DNA from: Selaginella moellendorffii
Taxonomy: Eukaryota; Plantae; Lycopodiophyta
NCBI RefSeq assembly: GCF_000143415.4
Contig: NW_003314283.1
Span: forward strand, 1,109,734 to 1,173,733
DNA length: 64,000 nt
Direction of reading: 5' to 3'
The position numbers and the translations under genes are program-made. Each line of letters opens with the position of its first letter. Positions within the stretch are counted from its first letter, which is position 1. Shown piece by piece: positions 51,081 through 64,000 of this stretch. A model generated the notes under the pieces. The model did not search any database. It worked only from the letters and a program-made list of their open reading frames with translations, and had not been told where the DNA came from.

Positions 51081-53108
51081 ATATAAAAATATATAATATA
51101 TTTTTTAAAAATATATCCACTCCTATTGCCTAGATTGGTAATTTATTTTAGCCACCTTAACATATCTACTAGGCAAAAATACTCAATCCCTAGTTCAATT
51201 GCAAAATTCTGGAATGTGAAGGAGAAAGAATTTATAGTAATCTACAATCTCAGCTATAGTGTGATCATGATCAGTAATCACTCAATTAAATCTACACTTC
51301 AAGGACCATGGTTGGCATGGAGCATAGGTTAGACATTTTTTCACCACATGCTTTATGTTGTAAACTTTTTCATAGCATGTGGAGCAAAAGCAAATATCAT
51401 GTGGTAGCAAAGGTTTCAAATAGTATCTATGTTTTATCATCAATCTTTAACATCCTTTTTTGCCTTAGTTTATAGGTGACTAAGATTTTTCAATTGGTAG
51501 GTGGTGAGGTCATCATAGATTTTCAAATTGAATTAGCACTTGGGGACTGATGGTGTTTGTGTAAATTCCAAAAAGGACAATATTTTTCATCTAGTCATCA
51601 CATTGATGTTAGAGGGATTGTTATTCTAAAACTTGAGTTGCTATATTAATTGTGTTGTCAGTGTGAAAAAGTTGTGGCCTTGGTGGTTGTCTATGAATCT
51701 GAACATTTCATATCAAAGTCTAAATTATATTCAAATAAAGCCAAGAAAAAATGGTTAAAATTACATTGAAATATGTGTTTAATATCAATAGTATAAGAAA
51801 TTACATTTCATTTTACAAGATATTAAGATAATAAATTTATCAAAATCTAGTTGTAAACATTTTCCATGATTTATTTTAATGAATATGAACATAAAATCAC
51901 TAAAATTTCTCTTCTTTAACAAACTTCTTAAATGATCTGTTTAATTATTAAACTTAACGTCTTGCTAGTTCCATTTAAAAGGTAATAAAATAAACACTAT
52001 CTCTATTTAAACCATTTTTAAATAAATAATAATAAATGAAATTTTTTTTTAGCTTTTCTTTGCTGGCTTATGAAATGTTATAATTCTAAAAAGATTTTAC
52101 AAAATAATTAGATATGGAGAAATACGAAAATTCTTCAGGTTTTTACAAATATTAAGTTTTTAATATATAATTTTATTAAGAAATAATACATAATTAATTA
52201 TGAATTATTTGAAGCTTTAAAACTAAGTGTAATATTATAAAGTACAGGCATGCTATAATTCATCAATAATATAAAAATTATCATGGAATTTATAAGGGTT
52301 TAGTTTTGCTAAAAGATTTGAGAAATTAGTATACTACTTCAAATGAATAAAATAATATATCAGAAAACAAATAATAATAATAAAATAAAACAAAATATTT
52401 AGTAAATTAATATTTTAAATAACTAAGAATTACTAGAATTTATTCAATATTTGACTTTAATGTATAATGTTTTATAATCTCTTTTAAAAATGATTTTTTA
52501 AATTTGAACTAAGTTTAAAAGCATATTATAGTTGCAATTTTGTCAAATTTGATTACAAATATTTTACTATTGTATATATTTAAAATACATATAATAACAC
52601 AATAATATCCAAGCATCTAACCTATAATAAAATTAAATGACCTTTTCTTTTGTGAACAAATACTCTTATAAAATAGTATAATATTTTTAAAATTTTTATT
52701 ATTCTAAATATCTATATAAATATTTTCTCTTAAATAAGTATATGACTTATTTTTTTAATATATAATAAGAAAAAATCCATATGAATTAAATCATTTAAGG
52801 TTATTTAAGTTTTTATGTATTCTATAATTCCATTTGAAGATTCACCTTTTCAGTCAGTGTAATTTTTAAAGAAAACTGTATATAAGAATAAATAACTAAT
52901 CTAGAGATCAATTATTTAATCTTTAAAAGTTTTAATAATTTTGTTTTTAGCTATATAAAAAACTTTAACATTAAACTAGCTAAAGAATAAGAAATTGAAT
53001 TTTTATTTTGTAAGGCCTAATGCCTGCCTTAAATCAATCTTCACACCTATTGTACTTATAAGTAAGCAAGGAGAATGATGTCAAATCACTTTCCCCACTT
53101 ATTATGCT

Positions 53109-53450
53109 TGTAAGCAATTAAAAAAAATGACTTGAAATATGATCCATAAGAGTTTAGAGCAAAAGAACTTATAAGTAAAGTACACCCTTTTTCCTATTGG
53201 TTAAAAGAGTTAGAATACTTGGGGTTAAGAGTATTTTGATTTAAGTAGTATTGAGTTGGTTGACTCCTTAAGAAGTCTAGAGTTTAAATTTGAATAATAT
53301 TGACTCTATTGGTTGGGAATCAGAGGAGTATTAACTCTGATTCTATTGATTGGTTATAGGGGTTAATATATTTAGTTTCCTATTTGACTCTAGTGATGCC
53401 AATAACTCTATTGGTTGGTTAAAGACATTTAGTTTACCATTTGGCTTTAG
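53109..53450 (+). mobile_element. Degenerate Cassandra-type LTR plus repeated internal-domain pieces
   Basis: TGTAAGCAA...GATCCAT...CCTTTTTCCTATTGGTTAA...TACTTGGGGTTAAG...AGTAGTATTG...TGACTCC...GAAGTC is colinear with 16197-16390. Repeats of GACTCTATTGGTTGG follow. Confidence 0.65.
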
Positions 53451-55912
53451 TGATGCCAATATAAGTTTTAACTTAGAACCAACTTTTAGGTTATAAATGT
53501 TCTAGAGGTGGTGGTAAATAATTGTTCACAACTGATAAACTATTTCAAAGTTTGAGCTCTATACATACCTTGATAATGTTTCATGACCACCTTCATCTGT
53601 TTTCAGGATTGTTAGGACAAGAACATCTCTAGATGCATTCATAACTCTGGATCGAACTATTTATACTAGCACCAAAGTGGCTCTTGATATATTGGGTCAC
53701 ATGAATATGTAGCTTTTGCATTTTTTCCAACATGATGGAGTTTTAGAAGAATATACTATGGCAAATTTTTCACCAATAATACAATCATATAGGAGATAGA
53801 AATTCTTTAATGCCCTAAAGAACCACATGTGTGTCAAGTGTGTTAAGTTCTTGCAAAACATGGATATAGACATGGTGATAAATAGCTCATCTTTGCTATC
53901 AATTGACAGAGCTCCTTTTTGCAAGGAGGCAATAATGGAAATTGCCTATAGTGTCATCAAGCCTATAGTTCTTTAATCTCTTAATCAACCAATAATGTGG
54001 ATTTATTTTAATTAACTTATAAGTTCTTTATTATAAACATCAATCATATGGAGTACAAAACCTGGTGCAAAAGGTAATCAATGTTTAGAAGATTTGATAA
54101 TATATAATGATTATTATTTATGATCATACAGATTAATTTGGATAAATTATTAGGTTTCTGTTTTATTATGTATTCAATGTAATTGTTTATGACTCAAATC
54201 ATAAATAATTTTCTACCCAATGCATATAGCAATTTTGTTTGCTTAATAGTAGTGTTTATAATTATTAATAAAATTGATCATTTGGAAGTTTTTAATTATA
54301 TTCATGTTTATAATTTATGAGTACATGATTAATCTTATTATATATCAACCATTAAAATAAACTAGAATATACTATAAGTGTTTAGGACAGTTTAAAAATT
54401 ATAAACACAAGATTAATCTAAATGAATAAAAACTGTTGGATGATAAAATATCCTAGAATATCCAGGCTCCTTTCTTAGAATGGTGAAATCTTGTGTTTTG
54501 CTTTCAATATTGTTATTGTGCTCAAGAATTAGGTAAGACTACATCCCTGACTGCGTACCTCCGAATTTGGCATTGCCACAGTTAGTGTGCAGCATTTGAT
54601 TCTAATAGCTCAAGTAGGAAATCTGCACATATGTGTGTGTGTGAGAGAGAGAAAGAGCGCCATGCCCCATACCAATATCATAATAACATTTTGCATAGGA
54701 TTATAATATTATGTGAAACAAAAATGCAAATAAAAATTCTCACACCTAAAATATGCTCTGGTGGAAATTCTGCACAAGAATGTGTTGATGGAAAGAACTA
54801 TTCCATTAGAGTGGTTCCATACTGCCCATTTGAAGCAATTGTGCAACATTGTCCACTGCAGAAAAGTTAGAGCCCCTAGTGAGTTCCAGTAAAAAGATCA
54901 CACCTACCAAGTTTGATTATCAGCCAAAGCTTGATTATTAGTTGCCAATGGCCTTGATCAGTGGCGCCTACATTATGGAGATTGAGCTGGGCACCTCACC
55001 CAAGAAATTCAAGGTGAATGGTGACACAGGTAGTGATCTCATGTGATTGAGAACTGTGCTTGTAGTGCTATAGTCAAAATGAGCAAGTTCTTCCTTCTCC
55101 CAGATATCATACTCCACATCTAATTACTAGCTAAGCACACCAAGAATTTATATGTGGTGCTGATATGTAACATGCTCATGTATGCTCATGCCTTAGATAA
55201 AAAACGTTCAGTCTTAGCGTCATGCAAATTTAATCATAATTTGATTCCAATAGATATCTAGATAAAGAATAAAATATAATAAAACATACGACACATCATA
55301 TTATCCTCATCCTCTAAAGCTAAACACTATAAGATGATTTAAATGTCTGCAAATACAATGATGTTGTTAAGCTTTTGATCACCTTTGGATCAGCTTCTTT
55401 TCTCTAGATTTGAGGTCAGATATTCTCAAGCATAATATTCACCAGTCTTTATGCTCTTACCACGTTCATTCCTTCAACATCTAAACCATGTATGGAAAAC
55501 TCCCATACTTTTAATGAACCAATTCTTTCAAAAGGGGGGTCAGACTTATTCACGTGACCAAATGAAAGTGGTAAAATTTTAGTACACGCCCCCCTTTTGC
55601 ATAAATGCTTTTGGCCTTCGGCCGGCTCGCGCAATCCAAGCCCTCCATTCTTTGTGCTGACGGCGCAGATGCTAGCAAACCGACACAAGCAGGATCCTTG
55701 TGACCCACGTACGCCGTTGGATAGGGACGTGATCGGACGGCTAATGAGACGGCTAAACAGAGCCCAAATATTTTTCTCTGTAGGTCACATCGCAGGATCT
55801 TCTCACTGCGAGGAAGAATGTAGGTGCGATTATCGATCGATCGATCGATCGAGCGAGCGATCACTTCGCACACGGCAATCGGTGGCGGCGCAGCAGCTCT
55901 CTCGCTCCAGCG

Positions 55913-57137
55913 ATGGGTCGGACTCCTTGCTGCGACAAAGCAGCTGTGAAGAAGGGGCCGTGGTCTCCCGACGAGGATGTCCGGCTGCGAGATTACATCC
56001 AGCGCCATGGCACGGGAGGCAACTGGATCACTCTGCCTGGCAAAGCCGGTGAGTTCTTGGATTCTTGGAAGGGAGGGATTCCACGCTCGGGCCGCGCGAT
56101 GGTCGCAAGAAAGCTCGAAATTTCGGTGGAGTCCGATGCAATGCGTGCTAATCGAGCTCGGGTTTCGTGGATCGCAGGCTTGAACCGCTGTGGGAAGAGC
56201 TGCCGGCTGCGATGGGTGAATTACCTCCGGCCGGATATCAAGCGCGGGAGTTTCACTCCCGAGGAAGAGAAGCGCATTTGCGATCTCCATGCCAGCATTG
56301 GCAGCAGGTACTCCCATCTCTTCTTGCTCGGGATTTCATGCTTCCATTTGCCTGAAACGTCTCTTCTTGTTTGATTTGAGAGGATTTGGGATTGATTGAT
56401 CGAGAATTCGAACTGATCAATCTTTTTCTTTCTTTCTCCTTTGTAGATGGTCGGTGATTGCCGCTGAGCTCCCCGGTAGAACGGACAACGACATAAAGAA
56501 TCACTGGAACACAAAGCTCAAGAAGAAAAATCTCTCGCCTTTTCCGACTTCCACGAAGGCATCGCCCATGGCGGAGAGCTTGCAGAGAGCCATGGAGGCG
56601 GTGAAGAAACCGGAGGCAGCGATCAACGCCAAGAGCGACGATCCACCTCGCAAAACGCGATCGGGAAGAGCAAAACCACAGCCTGCCAGTGCCAGCGACG
56701 TTCTAGAAGATCATCAAGATCGACGAAGTTCTCACACTTCCAGTTCTTCCGCGATCACTCCTGACACCAAAACCAACAAAGCGAGCAGCAGCAACAGCAG
56801 TACCAGCAGCGGCATCACCACCGCTTTCCACGAGGATTGGGCCGCCGAGAACTTCCATCTCCTTCTTCCCAAGATGGAGCTAGAAGAAGACTGTTCCAAG
56901 CACCAAGAACACGAGTTTGAGCGACGAGACCACCTCCATCGCCAACTCAATCGCCGTGCTAGCACTGTCCGAGAGATCATCGACGCTGGCCACCTCGATG
57001 CTCTGGCGAGGAATCTCGCAGCGGTGGACGAGTCCTTCTTCGATCCAAATTGGTGGTCTTCCCTCGTGATCTCTCCCAAACTTCCAGGAGAGAGAGCTCT
57101 CGATTCGATCTTCGCTAGCAGCGGACACTGTTGTTAG
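55913..57137 (+). CDS. R2R3-MYB transcription factor, subgroup 14-like (RAX/MYB36 clade)
   Basis: [20 protein letters not shown]...[20 protein letters not shown] and [10 protein letters not shown]. Exons 55913-56048, 56178-56307, 56447-57137. Confidence 0.93.
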
Positions 57138-57315
57138 CTTTTGGAAGGAACCTCGCGTTCCATTTTTTTCCTCTCAATCTTAACAAATATCCACTTCTTT
57201 CTATCATGATCTTGATCATAGCTCTTATCCATCATCGTTGTATTTACATTTGAGAAAACCATGAGAGTTCTGAGAGAGCCAATTCTCCCATGAACATCCA
57301 CAACTCTACCACCTT

Positions 57316-59782
57316 TTAGATCGAGAATCTATCGACGATGTCCCAAAGGACGCTCCTCATCTTGTCCAGCGACAGCGGCCTGTAGAGCACCGCCACAAAT
57401 CCCAGCTTGAGAAGATGCTCTCTCGCGCTCGCGTCCGCGTCGGTGGTAAGCGCCACCAGCAGTGGCCTCTCGTTGATCGGGACCTCCTGGAGCTCCGCCA
57501 GGAGATCCAAGCTCTCCTGCTGCTGCCAAGGCGGGCTCGATGACAAGTCGAGCACTGCTACTCTGAACCGCGGCCCCGGAGGATGGCGGACGAGTTGCAA
57601 GCACTGCTGGATGGACATGGCCTCGGTAACGTCGCAGCCCAGTCGGAGCATCACTCCTCTGGTCATGACGTTGCCGCCAGTTTCACTCACCAGGAGGAGT
57701 TTGAGTCCGCTCAAGCTCATCGATCCTTGCAGTTTGTGCTGCTGCTGCTGCTGCTGTAGTTGTAGTTGCTGTTGCTGATCGGGTTTGTCTGACTTTCCGA
57801 GTTTCACGAGGATTGTCACGGTCGATCCCTTGCCGAGGCCCTCGCTCTCGATCCAGATGTGGCCCCCCATCAAGCTTACAAACCTGGAAAGAGCGTGATG
57901 AGAAGCTTTTTCTTTATTCTAAAGAAGCTAGCAGCTTTTACCTTTTGCATAGTGCTAAGCCCAGGCCTGGACCGCTCCGCTTGTTGACTTGGACAAACTT
58001 TGTGAAGAGCTTGGGGATGTCTTGGGAGCGTAGGCCAATGCCAGTGTCCTTTACCTGCCGTTGCAAAGATGCCGCGGTTAAGAAAAAAGTTTTGTGTGGG
58101 TGGAGAGCTTACTTGTATTCTAATGTAAAAGTGAGAATCGCCCTGTGTTGGAAGGAACTCTGGTGCTCTAGGATCTCGCGAGTACTCCGGCCTCTCCATG
58201 CAAGCGGACACAGTGATACTTCCATCCTTCGTGAACTTGACGGCATTTCCTATGATGAATAGAACGATCTGCAAGAGACGCTTCTCGTCTCCAACAGCAA
58301 ATTCCGGAAGGTCGGCAGCCAAATTCATGGTGATGTAAAGCTTCTTCACAGCAGCTATTGGCTTCACAAGGTTGTAGACCTGGACAACAACACAATTAAA
58401 AATTGAAACAACAAAAAGAGAGAGACCGGAGACAAACCTCTCGGAAGAGAAACAGAAGGTTGAATGGAGCAATCTCGAGTTGGAAGCTGCCATCTTCGAG
58501 CTTGGAGAGGTCCAAAACATCGTCTATAAGCTTGGCCAAAAGCCTGCTATTGCGTAGGATGGTCTCCACCATCGACCGTTGCTCCGCATTGAGCTGGCTG
58601 TCCTGGAGGAGCGACGAGAGAGTTATGATCGTATGCATGGGAACACGCATCTCGTGATTCATGACAGCCAGGAAATCGTTGCAAGCGGACACGGCAGTCT
58701 CTGCCTCCTGTCGAGCAGCGTCCAGCGCTATGTTTTGCTCCACTAGCAAGTCTCGGGACCGTATGGATTCCTCCAATATTGCCGCGTGGGAGAGAGCGAC
58801 GGCAACCTGCAAAGCAAATCACCAACTTAGAGGAAAAAGTAAAGAAAAAGGAATCAAATAAGAGACCACTTGCCTGGTCGGCGACGACTTCCACAAGCTC
58901 AAGCTCGTGAATGCGCCACCTTCGCGCGCTATCTGACGGCAATATCAAAACCAGCAGCGCATACGGACCTTTGGCCGGCTCGGGCCAGTCGACGATTGGA
59001 AAGTTCACCATGCGCAAGAGCGGCACGCGCACAGCAACAGCATCTCCAGAAATGTATTTCCCAGCGTGTGTTCTTGTCATGGCCACAGGGCTGCTGGACG
59101 GAATGACCACCGCGCGATTGCTGCTGAAAACCTGTCGCAGCGTTGGGTGGTGTATCGGCACGATCCCAACGTTGGCCTTGCTCAGCTGGCGAAGCGAGTG
59201 TGTGAGCTGAAGCTCGAGACCGTTTCTAGTCGGCATCCACAGCGTGCATTCTTCCAGAGCCAAAGCCTTCCCGAGCTCGACCAGCGTGGAGTTGAGAATG
59301 GTGTGCCTGTCTAGCGTGCTCCGGATCTCCTGCGTGAGCATTCTTACGTGCCGGCCAGCCTCTTCCTGCGTCCGGATGATCCCCATCTCCCTGTCCAGCT
59401 CGTCCGCCTTGTTCTTGAGGAAGAGCTCGCGGGTCTTGACGCTGAGCAAGTCGGGGATGATATGGACGAGCATGAGCGCTGTGGCGCACGAAACCACCGC
59501 TGTGAGAATTTTCGCGACTGTCATCACGGTCGCCATTGTTCTCGAGTGAGAGCCCAGCGTCCAGAGGCTGATGAAATGCGTAGCTCCACACAGGACGATG
59601 AAGGCACCAAACTGTACGAGCACCCAGCGGTATGGAAACAAGGCGGATTTCTTGACGAAGTAGATGAGCTCGATCGGAATGGAGAAGTAGGCGAGCGCAA
59701 TGAAGAAATCCGCGATGTACTGGTACCGGATGTGGATGTCATCGGACGACCACTGCGGCTCGATGATGCAGTTGCAATCCAT
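57316..59782 (-). CDS. ETR1: Subfamily I ethylene receptor with receiver domain (ETR1-like)
   Basis: [22 protein letters not shown] domain, MNHEMR H-box, VKDTGIG and receiver domain. Exons 59782-58874, 58806-58438, 58379-58113, 58054-57942, 57883-57316. Confidence 0.95.
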
Positions 59783-60413
59783 CTTGCTCCTCCTCTTCCT
59801 CCTGCGCTACCTCCTAGGCCCTTGCCCCTAATCCCTGGCTGTGATTCTCACTCCTGGCCGATCCAGACGCCATTGGAATGGAGAATTTCGGAATGACGAG
59901 GTGGAGATTACCGCAGAATCTCACTCTCCCGATTTCGAGCTGACAGGAGCTCCTAGCGGCGCGGCCGTGCTTACCTCGCGCTCGAGATTCCAGCGCCTCG
60001 ATCGTGGCCAAAACCCTAGACGAAGAGACAGAGAGAGCTCCTCCACTAGCTGCATTCCGTGGAGCATATTGCTAGTAAAAGTCGAAAGCATTCACGGAAA
60101 GAGAAAAACTTCACGGACCAGGCATATAGATGATCCCGGACCGTTGATCCTGTAAAATCGCATTCCCAGCCGTCGGATCAAAATCACAGTTTTACCCACT
60201 TTCCCGCGGGTCTCGAGCCGGCGACTTTCTCTCGAGGTATATTCTTTTTCCCCTTGAGGTATATGCTTTTTCTCTTGCTGAGGATTAGGGTTGAAGTGCT
60301 GCTCGATCGATCGATAGGCGCTGGCGCAGATCCGGCGCTGCGCAATGCCGGTGTAGGAGGCGGCGAGAGGTTTGTGTGCCGGACGGGAATTTCGCGTCGC
60401 TGTGCAATGCGAA

Positions 60414-63400
60414 ATGGCGGATCCAGCAGCTTTCGATTTCTTCTTCCAGCAGGCCGATGTGGATCGGGATGGGAAGGTGAGTGGCGCCGAGGCAATCCAC
60501 TTCTTCAAGGGATCGAATTTGCCTCAGCCTGTTCTTGCCAAGGTAATGTAAATAGCGATGTATTTTCCTTGTTTTTATTCTTTCTTTTGCTCTTTGTAGA
60601 TTTGGCATGCTGCGGACAATGGCCATACCGGGTTTCTCTCGCGACCAGAGTTTTATAACGCCTTGAAGCTCGTCACGGTTGCTCAGTCTGGACGAGAGCT
60701 GACGCCGGAGATCATGAGAGCGGCGCTCGTCGGGCCGGCGTCGCTCAAGATTCCATCTCCAAAAATTCAGCTCCCCGCGGGCCAGCAGTCGCAAATCCCA
60801 GTTCCTGGACAACAGGCACCACCACCTCTTCCAGTTTCAACGACGCAAGTTACTGTTCAACCTGGTAGGACTTCGTTTAGCAGTGGACCGCCACCTCCAC
60901 CACTTCAAGGCTCTCTACAACAAAATGCATCGTTTAGCGTCGCACAGCCAGCTCCCGGTGCTTTACCAAGACCATCGTTTACCGGCGGCGGCGCGTCACA
61001 GCCACCATCGTATACCGGTGCTACCACGCTACAACCACAGCAGGGACCATCTTTTCCCGGTGCTACCACGCCACAACCACAGCAAACACCATCGTTTGCC
61101 AGTGCTACCGCGTCACAGCCATCATCATCGTTTGCAAGCGCTCCTTTACCACAACCACAGCAAACACCGTCGTTTCCTACGCAACTGCAGCAAGCACCAT
61201 CGTTTGCTACCAATGCAAACACGCCACAGCTTCAGCAAACACCATCGTTTGCCACTGCTCCTACACCACAGCCTCAGCAAACTCCTCGGGCACCGGTGTA
61301 TCAACAGCAACCTCCAGTACAAAGCGTTCCAAGACCAGGTTCTTCCGGTGGACTTGGAGCAGAATCTTGGCGGCCAAGCAGTGTGCAAGGTCAGCTCTTT
61401 TCATCGGCAACCCCAGTGAGACCAACAACTTCAGCTATACCCAATCAAAGTTTTTCTGTCAACAATGGCCCGAGCACCAACTTTGCTTCCCAGCAAGGTC
61501 CTGGTGCTCCTCCGGGGTTGCGGGCTGGAGCTGGAGCTCCCGATGGAGCTAAAGCCTCTGGAGGATTTAGTCCCTTTGGCAACGACGCGTTTTCCGTGAG
61601 CTCTACTACAGCAAGACCGGCGATTGATCAGAACTTTGTTGCTTCATCTCCGTTGACACCGAGACAGCCGTCTCCTGGAATGTCCCCGCAAGCGCCGCCT
61701 CCTAAAGTCATGCACGGTTTCAGACCGCCAATGGGGTCTGCATGGCCTAAGATGACAGCAAACGATGTACAGCGCTACTCTCGAGTTTTTACGGACGTTG
61801 ACACAGATAAAGACGGGAAGATCACAGGCATACAAGCACGGGATCTCTTCTTGAGCTGGAGACTTCCTAGAGGTATTTTATTTTGTCAGACGTGCATTGG
61901 CTCTTAACTTTCTCTCCAGACGTCTTGAAGCAGGTTTGGGACCTATCGGATCAAGATGGCGATAGCATGCTTTCTTTTCGGGAATTCTCTACGGCTTTAT
62001 ATCTGATGGAACGGCTCCGAGAAGGCCGCCCTTTACCTCCTGTTCTTCCAGCGGGCTTTCATTTTGACGATGGCACTCCTCAGTCTCATCTTGCTGCTGC
62101 ACAAGGCTATAATCAACCTTCTTGGCAGCGCAATGCAAGTACGTTCATTCTTTCCTTTTCGTACTGGAGTATGAATTAACACAAACGAACAGGACCAGGT
62201 ATGCCTCCAGGACTTGTTCCGCAAGAACAATTCGGCATGCCAGGTGCATTTCAAGGACAACAGACAGGAAGACATGCTAGAGCCAGACCCAGGGGTGCGG
62301 AGTTTAATGGCAGTGACAAGGTAAATTAATCAATAAAGACGTGGGGGCAACCTGACTTTCTGTTATTTGCAGCCAAATCAAAGTGAGGGGAAAGTTTTGG
62401 ATTCAAAAGAAAAGCTTGAATATTATCGTAACAAGCTACAGGAAATCGTAAGGACGTCGTCGAGTTTTCTTTTTTTTTTTCTCCTGTGGTAACATTCTGT
62501 ATGCAGGTGTTATTCAAAAGAAAATGTGACAACCGTTTATCGGAGATCACTGACAGAGCGGCTGCCGAAAAACGCGAGGTGGGAGGTCCTATTAGTTCTT
62601 TGTTTATCTGGTTGGGAACGTCGATTTTTGTGTGTAGGAGGAAATCATGGCGAAGAAGTATGAAGAGAAGTATAAGCAGGCACTGGAAGTGAATTCACGT
62701 TTGGTGTCTGAAGAAGCAGCCTTTCGCGAAACACAGGTCTGCTTGTGCCTAAGATATGCATACTAAAAAATGGTCTCTTCAGACTCTCAAATCTGAGCTT
62801 CGGAGTGCGATTGCTGAAATTGAACGCGGGGGAAATCCAAATGCGCTGCTCCAGGTTACGCACAGAATTATTTATGCCTGCTCTGATTTTTTTTTCCCTC
62901 TCCAACAGACTCGTGCAGATCGTATTGCAAATGACCTTGATGAACTTGAGAAGGCGTTGGTCCAGCGTGGTAACCTTCTTGGGCTTCAAGTTAGCGGGAC
63001 AGCCAAAGTTGAGCTTCCATTTGGTAAGTGAAACAATCAGGACATTTATAGCTTATGCTGACGCGTGGATTGACAGGATGGCAGCCAGGGCTTCAAGAAA
63101 ATGCCGTTGAATGGGATGAGGACTGGGATAAGTTTGATGACGAAGGTTGGCAATTGTTTATTTCCCATTCGCATATTTACTTATAATTCATGCAGGATAC
63201 AACACGATTCAAGGGATTATGGACGAGCAACCTGTATCTGGAACAGCCTCACATCCTGGCTGGGACGAGAATAGCATGTTTGCTGATGGCTTTGACTTTG
63301 CATCCGAGCCCATTCACGCGGAGGAAAACTTTGATAAAGGGCCTGCTGACTCGCCGCACGCAGAAAGCGAAACGAGCTCCATCAAAAGTGGTGTTGATAG

Positions 63401-64000
63401 CCCACAGTGGTCTCCAAAAGGTTATCCGTCCAAGAGAAGCATTCCTGGAAGTTCTCCTTTGTCAGCCAAAGCAGATCACAGGCAAGGACGTAAATTTCTG
63501 ACTTTTTGTTTTTCTTCTAATATACGTCTTGTAGCTTTGAGTCGCACGAAGACGAGCCGCCCTTCCATTCTTCAAGGTTTGCTCTTCGATTTCATGGTAA
63601 TGAACTTTTGTTTCGACTCGTTCTCTTTTGCAGCTTTGATCAAGATCCATCTTTTGACTCAACGGATCACTACGAAGAAACTCCTTGGACTAGCGCGTTC
63701 GGCAACCCAAACGAGGATGTGTGGGGTCTAGGGACCGACTCTCCATCTTCCTCTTTCCAGGTACTCTATAACTTGTTATTCTGATTTGGTGTCATCATAA
63801 CACAGGCGTCTTTCCTTCAGCCTTTAGCGGTTAAAACCCGATCAGAAAGAGACTCTTTGGACTTGGGATCGATAAACATAAGCTCTCCTGCTCACAGCGA
63901 AGCCAAGAACGAAGGCGACTTCTTTGGCAAAAAGGAGTGGAACGATTGGCCTGGTGACACCAACAGCACTTCAGTGCCAAGCACTCCGTTGTTTAAGAGT
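60414..64000 (+). CDS. EH-domain endocytic adaptor (AtEH/Pan1-like, TPLATE complex); multi-exon, truncated at the window end
   Basis: EH1 ADVDRDGKVSGAEA...EFYNALKLVTVAQ, P/Q-rich linker, EH2 DTDKDGKITG...WDLSDQDGDSMLS, coiled coil, and ELPFGWQPG...WDEDWDKF. Exon 1 60414-60542, exon 2 from 60600. Confidence 0.9.

Noticed and set aside
51700-53000. Very AT-rich tract as a possible MITE or organellar insert
   Set aside because: No terminal inverted repeats, TSD or organellar gene similarity could be identified by eye.
55550-56317. 255-aa antisense ORF over the MYB, and similar shadow ORFs over ETR1, EH and pol
   Set aside because: These are expected by-products of GC-rich coding sequence and show no independent motifs.

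Overview
Plant nuclear DNA, probably from a lycophyte such as Selaginella. This is an inference from the 55-70 nt introns, Tcn1/Tf2-type chromoviruses, PLS-PPR remnants and a Bowman-Birk-like peptide. Positions 1-39.3 kb are a nested LTR-retrotransposon island. It holds three copies of a chromodomain Ty3/gypsy element (family C), two large coding-dead non-autonomous families (A, B), a young 5S-rRNA-carrying Cassandra-type TRIM and older remnants; most insertions have readable target-site duplications (TSDs). Positions 39.3-46 kb are a rearranged gene island. An intact PRMT10 sits inside an inverted duplication carrying a Bowman-Birk-like peptide gene (one intact copy, one frameshifted) and PPR::PRMT10 chimeric pseudogenes. 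Next come tRNA-Gly(GCC) and TOM9/TOM22, whose 5'UTR intron appears to host two box C/D snoRNAs. Positions 46.1-51.1 kb are a decayed Ty3/gypsy element with a tRNA-Ala-type primer-binding site (PBS). Positions 55.9-64 kb hold an R2R3-MYB, an ETR1-like ethylene receptor and an EH/Pan1 gene that runs off the window. The strongest signals not explained by the ORF track are the intronic snoRNA pair, the 5S-bearing TRIM, self-priming plus a PEG10-like -1 frameshift in family C, and the palindromic PRMT10/BBI locus. All coordinates and alignments were read by eye; no searches were run.
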